A stretch of 64,000 nucleotides of DNA from Aulosira sp. ZfuVER01 (GCA_034530615.2 JAVRCV020000083.1:1-64000); one strand, 5' to 3'. Positions 1 to 12,832 are shown, counted from the stretch's first letter. The notes: generated by a model not told the origin, from the sequence alone. Program-made: numbers and translations.

Positions 1-96
1 TTTATAATTTTACTACCTACTTTTATCATAAGTGATTATACGAACATGATATCATTCCCACTCAACAGGTAAAATTGCAAGTGTTGAGGAGAGAAA

Positions 97-344
97 GGTC
101 ATTGGTGTATTGAAAATTGCCTTCACTGGGTTAAAGACGTAGTTTTTAAAGAGTATGATTCACAAATACGTCAGGGTAATGCCCCTGCAAATATCTCCAT
201 CTTGATAGCGATGCCTTCGGCAAGGCTTCGCCAACGCACTTAATATCCTTCGTCGAAATGGTCATCATTCCATCACAAGTGCTCAAAGATTTATCTCTCA
301 TAATATTGACAAACTTCTTCATCTTGTGGAATGAAACAGCTCTG
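97..344 (+). mobile_element. ISAs1-family transposase 3' remnant with right terminal inverted repeat
   Basis: Reads GHWCIENCLHWVKDVVFKEYDSQIRQGNAPANISILIA. After removing a 22-nt insert at 213-234 it continues IALNILRRNGHHSITSAQRFISHNIDKLLHLVE*. The HW.IEN.LHW..DV.F.E motif is typical of ISAs1. The end GAATGAAACAGCTCTG (329-344) resembles the TIR at 33427-33442. Confidence 0.8.
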
Positions 345-663
345 CTTCAAGAGGTGGGATGCTCAATTTAGTCTTCTATGGATGTTGATATTTAAGGAAC
401 TCCCACCAGAAGCATCTAAGTTAATCAAGTATATATACTTAGTTTTATAGCAGTTCTTCTAGAAAACAGCCAGGATGTTGTTGATTGTTAATTTTTAAAT
501 TACGCGATCGCCACTAGCTACGATGTAAGAGGCTACTCTAAACTGAAATCAGGGAATGTATCGTTAACTGACGCGCTTACAAAAAAAACTGAATAGTTTA
601 TTTAGACTTTTTCAGTTTTAGCGATCGCGTGTTTAATTAGTGTAGAAATACTTAACTCAAATT

Positions 664-885
664 TTGTCTGTTGCGCTGGGAGTTATAAAAATGAGTAATT
701 TAATTATTCTTGGGTTAATTGCAGGTTATGTGTATGGGGCTTGGAAGTTCTGGACTGGCTTTGAACGGACTAACTTTACCCCAAGTTTGCCTAATCGTAT
801 TGGTTTATCGCTGTTGTGGCCTGCTTTATTTATTACTAATAAATCCTATCGTCGCAACTTTAGAAAAGCTTTAAAAGGGCAGTAA
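664..885 (+). CDS. small hypothetical membrane protein (likely start ATG 691)
   Basis: 73-aa ORF with two hydrophobic segments and a basic C-terminus. Confidence 0.7.
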   Translation: MSVALGVIKMSNLIILGLIAGYVYGAWKFWTGFERTNFTPSLPNRIGLSLLWPALFITNKSYRRNFRKALKGQ

Positions 886-952
886 CATTACACAAAATTA
901 GCTCATTCCGAATTTTTAATACTTTTTCCTCAGCTTTTGAGCTTTTTGATTA

Positions 953-980
953 AAATTCCCTAGCTTGGCTAGGGAATTTA
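953..980. terminator. probable bidirectional intrinsic terminator
   Basis: AAATTCCCTAGC-TTG-GCTAGGGAATTT hairpin between convergent genes. Confidence 0.65.
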
Positions 981-1043
981 TTTGAAAAATCCATAATCCA
1001 TAATTCGTAATTAATCTGTCAGGTACAAATTATGGATCGCAGA

Positions 1044-1490
1044 TTATCTATTTCTATGTCCATTGGTAAGGACATTGATGGCTGCACCCGCCGCTGCACC
1101 ATCTATCGCATCGCCTCCAGGATTTTTAGTACCATGAAGAATGATGCCTGTAACTGTACTAGCTGCGGCACCGACTCCGACATCTTGACCTAAGTTACCG
1201 ACTCTGCGGTTACGTGGTTGCTTTCTAGTACCGTGTACAGCATGGACAGCAGCGCCAGCGGCAGCACCTTTGATGGCATTGTTGATTACAGCACCATTCC
1301 CTCTAACAGCACCAGTTACTACACCCGCACCCGCTCCAATACCGATATCTCGTAGCATATCAGCAGAAGCAGGTTTAGCAGGAACTAAAGCACCGCCGGC
1401 TAAACTTGCAGCCATCAAGCCGGGTAGAAGTGTGCGTTTTAAGTTGAGATTCATAGTGTCCTTTCTCAAAACATCAAAAGATGATAGCAA
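1044..1490 (-). CDS. secreted glycine-zipper-like protein
   Basis: Signal-peptide-like N-terminus (…PAKPASA) and repeated GIGAGAG/GAAAGAA motifs in two internal repeats. Confidence 0.75.
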   Translation of the reverse strand: MLSSFDVLRKDTMNLNLKRTLLPGLMAASLAGGALVPAKPASADMLRDIGIGAGAGVVTGAVRGNGAVINNAIKGAAAGAAVHAVHGTRKQPRNRRVGNLGQDVGVGAAASTVTGIILHGTKNPGGDAIDGAAAGAAINVLTNGHRNR

Positions 1491-1639
1491 ACCGAAGTTG
1501 TTGTATTTACAGATGAATTTATCTTTATTCTAGGCAACATCGATGGTTGGCTATGTGAGGAATACCGATCCTCGCATCTACAACAATGCGATCGCATCTG
1601 CTTAAAGCGGGAATTTACTGAGAAAGGCGACTAAGGAAG

Positions 1640-1995
1640 CAGGGGAGCAGGGGGAGATAAGGAGGACAAGGGAGAAATGCCCAATGGCAAATGAGCAATG
1701 ACAAAGCGCAAAGTCAAGTCAGTCGTGTGGTGTTAGCGGAGCGGTGAGCCAGTCCGGTGGACGGGTTCCCCAGCATAAAGGAGCCAGCGCGTTGGGCGGC
1801 TTTGCCGACTTGAAGCGACTGGCGTGAACTGGCGTCACCCGTAGGGTAGCGACGAAGGAGCGTCAGCAGCGCGGTCTTGGGTTGGGGGTTCTCCCCCATC
1901 AGTGACTGCCGAAAGGGTCTCCCGACTTGAACCAACTGGCATTGAGCGGAGGTTTCCTCCGTTTAGAACTTTGTAAGAGAGGACAAATGACTATT
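1640..1995. repeat. STRR heptamers plus nested small dispersed repeat (SDR-like) cluster
   Basis: GGGGAGCA/GACAAGG and CAAATGA-type repeats flank GC-rich palindromic modules. These modules recur at 26368-26516 and 45293-45341. Confidence 0.75.
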
Positions 1996-1997
1996 GC

Positions 1998-2267
1998 CTA
2001 AATAGCCTGAATCCACTCTTTAACAAAATATTCAGTCCAGATGCCATTTTGCCAGTAGGGGTCGTTTTCAATTAACTGGCGCACAGTAGCTTCATCTTCA
2101 GCTTCGTAAATTCCAAAAACTTTTGTTACATCTTTGGTGGGGCCAATAGTCATCAGCACACCGGATTCTTTTTGTTTTGCTAGTCCGTCTAAGTGGGCTT
2201 GACGATAGGGGGTGCGTTTTTCAAGAACGTCTTCGCAGTAAGTTCCCCACATGATGTATTTGGGCAT
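1998..2267 (-). CDS. YciI family protein
   Basis: 89 aa, R..HL motif and DPYWQNGIW C-terminus typical of YciI. Confidence 0.85.
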   Translation of the reverse strand: MPKYIMWGTYCEDVLEKRTPYRQAHLDGLAKQKESGVLMTIGPTKDVTKVFGIYEAEDEATVRQLIENDPYWQNGIWTEYFVKEWIQAI

Positions 2268-2320
2268 AACAAGTTTTAGATGGAGTTACAGAACATCACA
2301 TACCATAGAATTGGTATCAG

Positions 2321-3430
2321 TTAACCAATGACTTCTGTAGAGAACATCTGCCATAATGCTTGAGAGTATGGGATTAAGGTGTGATTTTGCTCAGGAGTTA
2401 AGTAAGTTTCTACTTCTTGCTTTAACAAAAACAGCATTTGGCGAACTATATCCCATTTCACGTTTAATGTGGGATAAAGCATCACACATAGGGGAAATAA
2501 TTCTTGTTGAACAGCGGCAATGTTTCCTTCTAAGGCACACACCCACAAATATACCTGAAACATTTCTACATCACGGATGCTAGAGATTTTTACCACTGGG
2601 TCACTCAAAACACCAGAGATAGAGTGGTAATTGGGATAGAGTTCTATTACCTTTTGGCAAATATTCTTGGCAATTTGTGTACTAACTGGTAACAGCGTTC
2701 GCACTGCGGACATTACTGGTGAATTATAATCATGCCTAGCTGCTGCTTCATAAGCGCGTTGCAGTGGCATATATAGGTGGTCATCAATAACTTTAAAGTA
2801 TGCACCAATGAGCGATCGCTCTATTGGATCTAGCTGTTCTAACAGCATTTGGCTTGTGTAATGAAACTGCATCGTCACAAAGCCAATCACTCTCGGATCT
2901 TGACTTGTATATTTTTTTCTAATTGCTCCTATCTCTGCACCAACTACTGTAGCTAGCTGGTTAGGAGCAACTTGTTCAGTATAGACTTGCAATGCTTGCT
3001 CATAAAGTGGATTACCTGCTTGTGCTAATTGCACTACTAAAGCCAAAGGCCGCAGTGTTGCTTTTTGGGTATATACTTCTAAAGTTTTTTGATAAATGTT
3101 GAATGAATCTGCTGCAATTTCCCAAGGATTAATAGTGCTGGGATCTATGGAATGTAACTTAACTTGTTCTGATAACAGTGCTTCTGTTTGATTCCACGCT
3201 TTGGCACTGACGCTCCGTAAAGATTCTATGATTTTTTGAGTGGTTTTATCTCGACCTGCTGGTGATACTATTTCGGCTAGGTTCAGTGTCTTGTCACTTG
3301 CTGAAACGTTAGTATCAGGCTGAAGATTCTGCACATACTTTTTAGCCCACTGTTGGGCTAAAGACTCCACATCACTGTTATTTTGTATATCAGAAACTCT
3401 TTCTAAATTAGTATTTGAATTTGTTGGCAT
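2321..3430 (-). CDS. hypothetical protein, C-terminal half resembles a phycobiliprotein/globin fold
   Basis: 369-aa ORF. The segment IAKNICQKVIELYP…SSIRDVEMFQVYLWVCALEGN…LYPTLNV parallels allophycocyanin helices. Confidence 0.6.
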   Translation of the reverse strand: MPTNSNTNLERVSDIQNNSDVESLAQQWAKKYVQNLQPDTNVSASDKTLNLAEIVSPAGRDKTTQKIIESLRSVSAKAWNQTEALLSEQVKLHSIDPSTINPWEIAADSFNIYQKTLEVYTQKATLRPLALVVQLAQAGNPLYEQALQVYTEQVAPNQLATVVGAEIGAIRKKYTSQDPRVIGFVTMQFHYTSQMLLEQLDPIERSLIGAYFKVIDDHLYMPLQRAYEAAARHDYNSPVMSAVRTLLPVSTQIAKNICQKVIELYPNYHSISGVLSDPVVKISSIRDVEMFQVYLWVCALEGNIAAVQQELFPLCVMLYPTLNVKWDIVRQMLFLLKQEVETYLTPEQNHTLIPYSQALWQMFSTEVIG

Positions 3431-3873
3431 AAAAAATAATTATTTATGACGATCGAGGTTTTTAAATTTGTTTAATTATTTTAGTTTAATATCTTTTAAT
3501 ACCTTATTGTAAGAATTTCTGACTAACTTTAAGTAAAGTTTATTAAGTAGGCTTTTTACTTAAGTAAAATCTACGTTATTGAGTGAGAGAAAAATCTGAA
3601 AAAGCTTGTAATAGAAGCTAATTTAGTGAGTTTATTTACATAAAAACACTAGAGTAATCCTATTCAATTCGTGAACTTACTGTGAAGTCTAGAGATAAGC
3701 TAAAGTACCTCTAAATTACACATCTTTTCGTGAGAATTGGAAATGGGGCGTTAATGCTATACCCTATGCCCAGCCCGAACGCGGTTTTGTACAAATTACT
3801 GCAATTTTCAATGAGGTGAAGTAGGTCTGTGGTGAGGGCACAAGATTCTCTAACTGTAGACTTTGCAAGCGAC

Positions 3874-4021
3874 TATAGCGTTTCTCGAAACAGCGATCTC
3901 ATGTCCGGGTAATCGCTTACGATCAAAAAAGTGAGTGCAAAGATGACTAATGCCGAAACGAATTAGTGTAGCCGCACATCTGAGTCCAGATGTGCTAAAA
4001 GAACGTTATCGTCAAGCCAAT
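3874..4021 (+). mobile_element. IS630-like transposase 5' remnant
   Basis: TATAGCGTTTCTC end followed by MPKRISVAAHLSPDVLKERYRQA, resembling cyanobacterial IS630 N-termini, then truncated. Confidence 0.55.
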
Positions 4022-4026
4022 TCATG

Positions 4027-4140
4027 CTATTGCTGTGACAAGGCTAAATTTGTGCATTAGATTTCTAATTGATAGGGCGCTAAAGCGCAACTATGAACAT
4101 TTTTTATTGCAACATTTTAGTAGTCTTGCCACGCCACTAG
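4027..4140. mobile_element. MITE-like element
   Basis: Imperfect terminal inverted repeats TATTGCTGTGACAAGGCTA / TAGTCTTGCCACGCCACTA (14/19 match). Confidence 0.5.
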
Positions 4141-4249
4141 TCTATTGCGTACTTTTGCTTATTGACTAATAGCCCTAGAGCTTAACTTGTTAACGAGGGA
4201 TATTAAGCCCCTTGCACCGTATTTAAAACTCAATTTTGTAATTTTCGCT

Positions 4250-6883
<2,634 letters not shown>

Positions 6884-7132
6884 TCATACTTTGGTAATTT
6901 TAACTGCACCACAATCGATCAACTCTCAACGATCGCTGTGCATGGGTGTTGTTATGTGGCGATCGCGAAGTGTGCCAAAGGTATCGCTCACTAGTTGCCT
7001 CTACCGCAATGCGATCGCCTTTTGTTGGATGCCAATCTGCTCGGTTCAGGCAATAAACAAAACATTCATCGTCGCCAAACCTTCGTGGTGACATGAACCT
7101 TTATTTTTCACTAATGTTTCTTAGAAAAGGGT

Positions 7133-7176
7133 TAACCACAGATGAACACCGATATTTTTTGTGTTCATCTGTGGTT
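7133..7176. repeat. palindromic repeat, possible pheT terminator
   Basis: AACCACAGATGAACAC…GTGTTCATCTGTGGTT inverted repeat; related half-sites near 43120-43144 and 45391-45410. Confidence 0.55.
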
Positions 7177-7215
7177 GCTGTTATTTCTATTCGGATTTTT
7201 ACCAGAAGTCTATTG

Positions 7216-9651
7216 TTAACTTCTCAGGCTAACACCGAATTTTTCCACCAAAGCTTCGCGGACTTTGTTGTGTACTGGTTCGACTTCAGTATCGGTGAGG
7301 GTGCGATTGCTTGCCCGATAAATTAAGCGAAATGCCAAACTGCGTTGTCCGGCGGGCACGTTTTCACCGCGATATTCATCAAACAATTCCACAGATTCTA
7401 GTAAGTCTTTACCAGCTTTGTTAATTGCTTTTTCGATTTCTGCAACTGTCACCTTCACAGGTGCAAAGAAAGCGATATCGCGATCGCTTGCTGGATAGGT
7501 GGAATAAGGATGAAATACTGGTATCAGGGTATCATCTTGATCCAGAGCATCTATAAGTACATCAGCATCTAACTGAAATGCGTAGACGGAATCCGGTAGG
7601 CCTTTTTCCCGCCGCAATTGGGGATGAAGTTGTCCAAAAATGCCGAGTCTGTTACCCCGAATCCACAGGGAAGCGGTGCGTCCTGGATGCAAGCGTTCAT
7701 CACTACAATCGGGTTGATATTCTACTGGCAAATCTAGTTGATGAAATACGCTGTCTAGAATACCTTTGGCTTCATACCAGGTAAGAGGCTGTTCGCGTCC
7801 GCTTCTTGACCATTTACTAACAGTGCGATCGCCTCCCATAATCCCCGCGATCGCTTCGGTTTCTTGCAAACCGTCTTCTTCTCGTGAGAAAATCCGCCCA
7901 ACTTCAAAGCCATTCAGCGCACCGTTTCCTTGCTCTAAGTTGTATTGAAAAGCATCAATCAACCCAGCTAATAAATCGGTTCGCAGTGCAGAATACTCTA
8001 CAAACAAGGGATTTGACAGTACTATTTGTTTGTCTTCTCCTGGTTTCACCAAAGAGTACTGGATTAATTCTGTCAGTCCTTCTGCCCGGAAGAAAGCTCG
8101 TACTTTACGGATTAGTTCCTGATCTAAAGGTAAATAGCCTGCTTCGGCTTTTTGTGGCAGAGTATCACAAAATTTGTCATAGCCATAGAGACGGGCAATT
8201 TCCTCAATCAGGTCAATTTCCCGTTCTAAGTCGCGGTAACGATAAGGTGGTACAGAAACTGTCCAGGAACGGTCTCCGGATGGAGTGAGTTGACAACCCA
8301 AAGCAGTGAGAATGCGCTCAACGTCATGTTCTTCCAGTTCTCCTGTCTCTTCACCCAAATCAATTGGCCCCAGCACTTGATTTACTCTATCTAAACGCAA
8401 AGCAATTGAACGTGTCCAGGTGGAAGGATCGGGGCGGGTGTCGGCAATTTCTTGCTGTACAATTACGCCGCCAGCTAGTTCACTCAGCAGTGACAAAGCT
8501 CGACGACAGGCTACTTCTAATTCTGCACGGTTCACGCCGCGTTCGTATCTGCCAGAGGATTCACTTCTTAAACCGACACTCCGAGAAGAACGGCGAATGG
8601 CGACAGAATCAAATAATGCTGCTTCTAAAACTAAGCTTTGAGTACCTTCATGAACTTCTATTTCTTCTCCACCCATAACTCCCGCGATCGCCACTGGTTT
8701 ATCGTTAGCGGTAATCAATAAATTTTGGGTTGAAAGAGTGCGAGTTTGTCCATCTAGGGTTTTCAGCGTTTCTCCACCATTACCAAAGCGAACGCCGATG
8801 CTTAAATTGCCATTTCCCGCCAGAGATTTTAGGCGATCGCGGTCAAATGCGTGTAAAGGTTGTCCCCATTCCAACAACACATAGTTAGTAATGTCCACGA
8901 CATTATTTATGGGACGCACTCCCGCAGCTTGTAAGCGTTGTTGCAACCAACCAGGAGAAGCAGCAATTTTTACTTGTTCAATAACAGTACCGATATAAGC
9001 AGGACAAGCCTGGGTTTCGGAGATACTTAACGCTAAATTTCCCCCAGCTTGGCTAATCGAAACTTCTCTAGGTTCGGGAATGCTGAGTTTACCACCAGTT
9101 AAAGCGGCTACTTCCCTAGCTATACCTACCATACTCAGGGCATCAGCGCGATTGGCAGTCGCCGTCACATCTAAAATTACATCATCTAAACCTAACAACG
9201 GACGCACATCGCTACCCAAGGTGAGATTTTCCTGGGTAAAAATATGAATTCCATCGACATCGGTGGTTAAACCCAGCTCTTTTAAAGAACAGATCATTCC
9301 CTGAGAAGGTACACCACGTAGTTTTGCAGGCTTAATTTTTAAATCGATATTGGGTAAATAAGTACCTGTAGTAGCTACTGGCACATAAATATCTGCCCGG
9401 ACGTTAGCAGCACCACAGACAATATTTAAAGTCTCAGCCGCACCAACATCTACTTGACACACACTCAACTTATCAGCGTTGGGGTGGGGTTGACGTTCAA
9501 GCACTTTCCCCACAACAACGCCATTTGCCCAAGTGCGGCGGTCTTCAATATCTTCTACTTCAAACCCAGCCATTGTCAGGGTTTCGGCTAATTCTTCCGG
9601 GCTAAGTTTGATTTCTACTAGTTCCCGCAGCCAGTTTAACGAAATACGCAT
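7216..9651 (-). CDS. pheT: phenylalanine--tRNA ligase beta subunit
   Basis: [49 protein letters not shown] and FDX-ACB C-terminus. Confidence 0.98.
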   Translation of the reverse strand: MRISLNWLRELVEIKLSPEELAETLTMAGFEVEDIEDRRTWANGVVVGKVLERQPHPNADKLSVCQVDVGAAETLNIVCGAANVRADIYVPVATTGTYLPNIDLKIKPAKLRGVPSQGMICSLKELGLTTDVDGIHIFTQENLTLGSDVRPLLGLDDVILDVTATANRADALSMVGIAREVAALTGGKLSIPEPREVSISQAGGNLALSISETQACPAYIGTVIEQVKIAASPGWLQQRLQAAGVRPINNVVDITNYVLLEWGQPLHAFDRDRLKSLAGNGNLSIGVRFGNGGETLKTLDGQTRTLSTQNLLITANDKPVAIAGVMGGEEIEVHEGTQSLVLEAALFDSVAIRRSSRSVGLRSESSGRYERGVNRAELEVACRRALSLLSELAGGVIVQQEIADTRPDPSTWTRSIALRLDRVNQVLGPIDLGEETGELEEHDVERILTALGCQLTPSGDRSWTVSVPPYRYRDLEREIDLIEEIARLYGYDKFCDTLPQKAEAGYLPLDQELIRKVRAFFRAEGLTELIQYSLVKPGEDKQIVLSNPLFVEYSALRTDLLAGLIDAFQYNLEQGNGALNGFEVGRIFSREEDGLQETEAIAGIMGGDRTVSKWSRSGREQPLTWYEAKGILDSVFHQLDLPVEYQPDCSDERLHPGRTASLWIRGNRLGIFGQLHPQLRREKGLPDSVYAFQLDADVLIDALDQDDTLIPVFHPYSTYPASDRDIAFFAPVKVTVAEIEKAINKAGKDLLESVELFDEYRGENVPAGQRSLAFRLIYRASNRTLTDTEVEPVHNKVREALVEKFGVSLRS

Positions 9652-9841
9652 TGGAGTGTGCTTGTTTTAGGAATCGTCTTTTGCTCTCATTTTAGGGTGC
9701 TTGCTAGCGAGCGATCGCTACTTATCCAGCAAAGTCTACCCATTCACTTGAACGATCCTACTACGTCGATTCGAGCAAATTGCGGAAATAATCTTGGAGA
9801 TGTTGGATCTATCAAAGCGATAGAGATTTCCAGATTCAAGA

Positions 9842-10504
9842 ATGAAAGTGAATTACAAGCAACTCCAGCAAAGGATTTTACACCCAGTATTGATAGGTTT
9901 GGTGACAGCAGGAGCGATCGCCTGCATATCTGAGGTAAATTCTGCATTGACAAAAAGTGCAATCGCCAAAGAAGTGGTTTCCTTAGAAAAGTCTGCACCA
10001 AAGCCTGTACCTCCAGATCAAGTTGGTTATCGCAGTCGCTTGGGTTTTAGCTTTGGCTACTCCCTCAACTCTTTTGTAGTAGAGGAAAAGATAGCTTCAC
10101 GGACAAATAATGTTAATTCTCCATTAGGTACAGTTGATATCTGGACTAAAAAGCACGCCCAAAAAATTCGCGCTGGCGAATATGCAGGCGGTACAGAATA
10201 CCCAGCCAATGTCCATGTATCTGTGTATCGTAATAACCGTAAACTACCTTTGCAGAAATGGGTGAAACAGAGTAATGAATTTTCTGCTACCCGTGAATTT
10301 AAAACTGCCAAAATTGCCGGACAAACTGGAATTAAGTTTAAATCAAGTGGTTTATATGAAAACGAACACGTTGTTTTTACTAGCCCTAAAGACTCGCGAA
10401 TTCTTGTGGTGACATTATCTAAAACTGGTTATGGTGACAATGACGCTAATTATCAGAAAGCGTATCAACAACTAGTGGATTCATTTAAGTTTCTAAATAA
10501 ATAG
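9842..10504 (+). CDS. secreted/periplasmic hypothetical protein (possibly PsbP-like fold)
   Basis: 220 aa with a signal-peptide-like N-terminus, LGFSFGY motif and …QQLVDSFKF C-terminus. Confidence 0.7.
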   Translation: MKVNYKQLQQRILHPVLIGLVTAGAIACISEVNSALTKSAIAKEVVSLEKSAPKPVPPDQVGYRSRLGFSFGYSLNSFVVEEKIASRTNNVNSPLGTVDIWTKKHAQKIRAGEYAGGTEYPANVHVSVYRNNRKLPLQKWVKQSNEFSATREFKTAKIAGQTGIKFKSSGLYENEHVVFTSPKDSRILVVTLSKTGYGDNDANYQKAYQQLVDSFKFLNK

Positions 10505-10646
10505 AAAGCTTAGAGCTACAACAATTTTCAGGAATCAAATAACAGTAGAATTAGTATAGCGATCGCCTAAATGCAACTTGAGTTATATAACTCAAGTTTG
10601 CAGGGTAAAATCTTCTGCATATAGCACCAACCCAGTATCAATCAGT

Positions 10647-11471
10647 GTGAAAACAGACACAATATTCTACCGCCTATTCCAAAGCTTCCCCAGCATCTTT
10701 TTTGAACTCATCAACCAACCACCCGAAACCGCCAATACCTACCAATTTTCATCAGTTGAAGTCAAACAACTCACTTTCCGGATTGATGGCGTGTTTCTCC
10801 CCAAAAGTAATGCATCATCCCCTATCTACTTCGTAGAAGTCCAATTTCAACCTGACAAAAAATTCTACTCTCGCCTGTTTACGGAAATCTTTCTTTACCT
10901 GGATAAAACTACACTTACCAACAATTGGCGTGGAGTTGTTGTTTATCCCAGCCGCAGTATTGATGTGGGAGAAACAGAAAGATATATAGAATTACTCACA
11001 TCCGGGCGAGTCACGCGCATATATTTGGATGAATTAGACTCCACAGCATCACAGTCGATTGGTATTGGGACTGTTAAATTAGTAATAGAGCCTTCAGAAA
11101 GTTCAGTCACAAAAGCTAGGGAGTTAATCAACCTCGCCAGACAGCAAATAGCCTCAGAAATTGCCCAAAAGGAATTTCTCGAATTGATAGAAACAATTAT
11201 TGTCTATAAATTTCCCCAAAAAAGTCGAGAGGAGATTGAGCAAATGTTTGGATTTAGCGAGTTAAAGCAAACTAAAGTTTATCAAGAAGCCAAGCAAGAA
11301 GGTAAAACAGAAGGAAAACTAGAAACAATTCCTTTTATGTTAAGTTTAGGTGCGACTGTCGAACAAATAGCTGAGGCTTTAGACTTAGATGTTGAGTTAG
11401 TTCGGTTGGTAGCTAGAAAAACTAATACTAACGAGAAAAAAAATGGTGAACCTCAATCGAGAGGAGATTGA
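10647..11471 (+). CDS. Rpn family recombination-promoting nuclease / DUF2887 PD-(D/E)XK protein
   Basis: GTG start: VKTDTIFYRLFQ…VEVKQLTFRIDGVF…YFVEVQFQPD; C-terminal QEGK.EGK repeats and HTH-like IAEALDL tail. Confidence 0.9.
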   Translation: MKTDTIFYRLFQSFPSIFFELINQPPETANTYQFSSVEVKQLTFRIDGVFLPKSNASSPIYFVEVQFQPDKKFYSRLFTEIFLYLDKTTLTNNWRGVVVYPSRSIDVGETERYIELLTSGRVTRIYLDELDSTASQSIGIGTVKLVIEPSESSVTKARELINLARQQIASEIAQKEFLELIETIIVYKFPQKSREEIEQMFGFSELKQTKVYQEAKQEGKTEGKLETIPFMLSLGATVEQIAEALDLDVELVRLVARKTNTNEKKNGEPQSRGD

Positions 11472-11475
11472 GCAA

Positions 11476-11694
11476 ATGTTTGAATTTAGCGAGTTAAAGC
11501 AAACTAAAGTTTATCAAGAAGCCAAGCAGGAAGGTAAGCAAGAGGGCAAAGCAGAAGGAAAACTAGAATGTAAATTAGAAGCAATGGCTTTTATGTTGAG
11601 TTTAGGTGCAACTGTCGAACAAATAGCTGAGGCGTTAGACTTAGATGTTGAGTTAGTTCAGTTAGTAGCTGCAAAAACCAATGCTAACAAGTAA
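11476..11694 (+). CDS. stand-alone duplicate of the Rpn C-terminal module (RpnS-like small protein)
   Basis: Near copy of 11225-11435, including GAGGAG-N9-ATG; an alternative start exists at 11443. Confidence 0.7.
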   Translation: MFEFSELKQTKVYQEAKQEGKQEGKAEGKLECKLEAMAFMLSLGATVEQIAEALDLDVELVQLVAAKTNANK

Positions 11695-11761
11695 CGAAAT
11701 AGCGAATCATAATAGTTTAATTAATCGTGGCTGAAAGCTAGTGTAAATTGAGTTTTATGAC

Positions 11762-12832
11762 TTAAGTTTGCACGCTAAAATCTTCTGGGTCTATGCCCCA
11801 ATTTACCCAGCGAATTCCCTCTCTTGCTGATGTGACATCAGGTGGAACTCGCAAGATATGAATAAAACCTGTACTTGGGCAAGTCATTTTTAATAAAACA
11901 ATTGGTTCAATATCAACATCATTATCTATTTTTAATAACTTGTATTCTCGCCAAGTATCTAATTCAACTGCTTGTAATTCATGGGTAATTTTTTCATAAC
12001 CAATCCCTTGAATTAAAACTCGTCGTAATTCTGCATTATTTTCTTCTAAAAGCCATTATGCTTGCCATTGATTAGGGTGTACTTGACCATACTTTTCTGG
12101 TAATATTACGCCGTGATAGGCATAGATATTAAATCCTTCATAAGCAATTGCAGGAATTCCTTCACCGTGCAATTCGCCATTGCTATCAAAGCGAATTACT
12201 GATGGTTTTGGCGTAATCACCGCAATGTCTGTAAATGCCCACCATAAACCGCATTCATTAACAGTTTTTCTTAAAGCTTTTAACTTTGGCTATTCCTCTA
12301 ATCCAATTGCCTCAAAAAATGCACACTTAGGCAGCCAATAATTACATTTTAAATTAACTACTGTTGAATATACTTGGTAAATATCATTCCACTGCAAAAT
12401 TGGATTTTTATTATTATTCCAAATTCGACAAATCATATCATGAATACTAGCGTTGATAACATTCCATACATTATTTGAAGATAAAAATTCAAAAAGACTT
12501 AAAATATAATCCCATGTATCTTCTCCAAGAAAATTCATCAAATCTTCATCGTCAATCATCAACGTTGAAATTAATCTATCGATATCAATAGGAAGCCCTA
12601 ATTCATCCAAGTTATTTACTATCCAAGTTGCTGCTTGTGGAGGATTATCAAACCACAAAATTTGTTGTGGGGGCTTTATGCCGACACATTCATAAGCAAG
12701 GCAAATAGCTGCTTCTGCTTGTTGTTTATCTGTAGGTGAAGTATCTAAAGCAATCTTGAGCCACTCATCTCGAATAATGGGCATGAGGGCTTCTTGTTCA
12801 GGGGTGAGCTTTTTCATTCGAGTCTGTGCCAT
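11762..12832 (-). pseudogene. DUF6745-domain protein pseudogene
   Basis: One reading frame with in-frame stops at 12290-12292 (TAG) and 12056-12058 (TAA). The downstream part reads LHGEGIPAI…YHGVILP…NAELRRVLIQGIGY…CPSTG…RVPP…WGIDPEDFSVQT*. Confidence 0.85.

Noticed and set aside
1714..1935. 73-aa ORF
   Set aside because: Lies wholly in nested palindromic repeats; likely spurious
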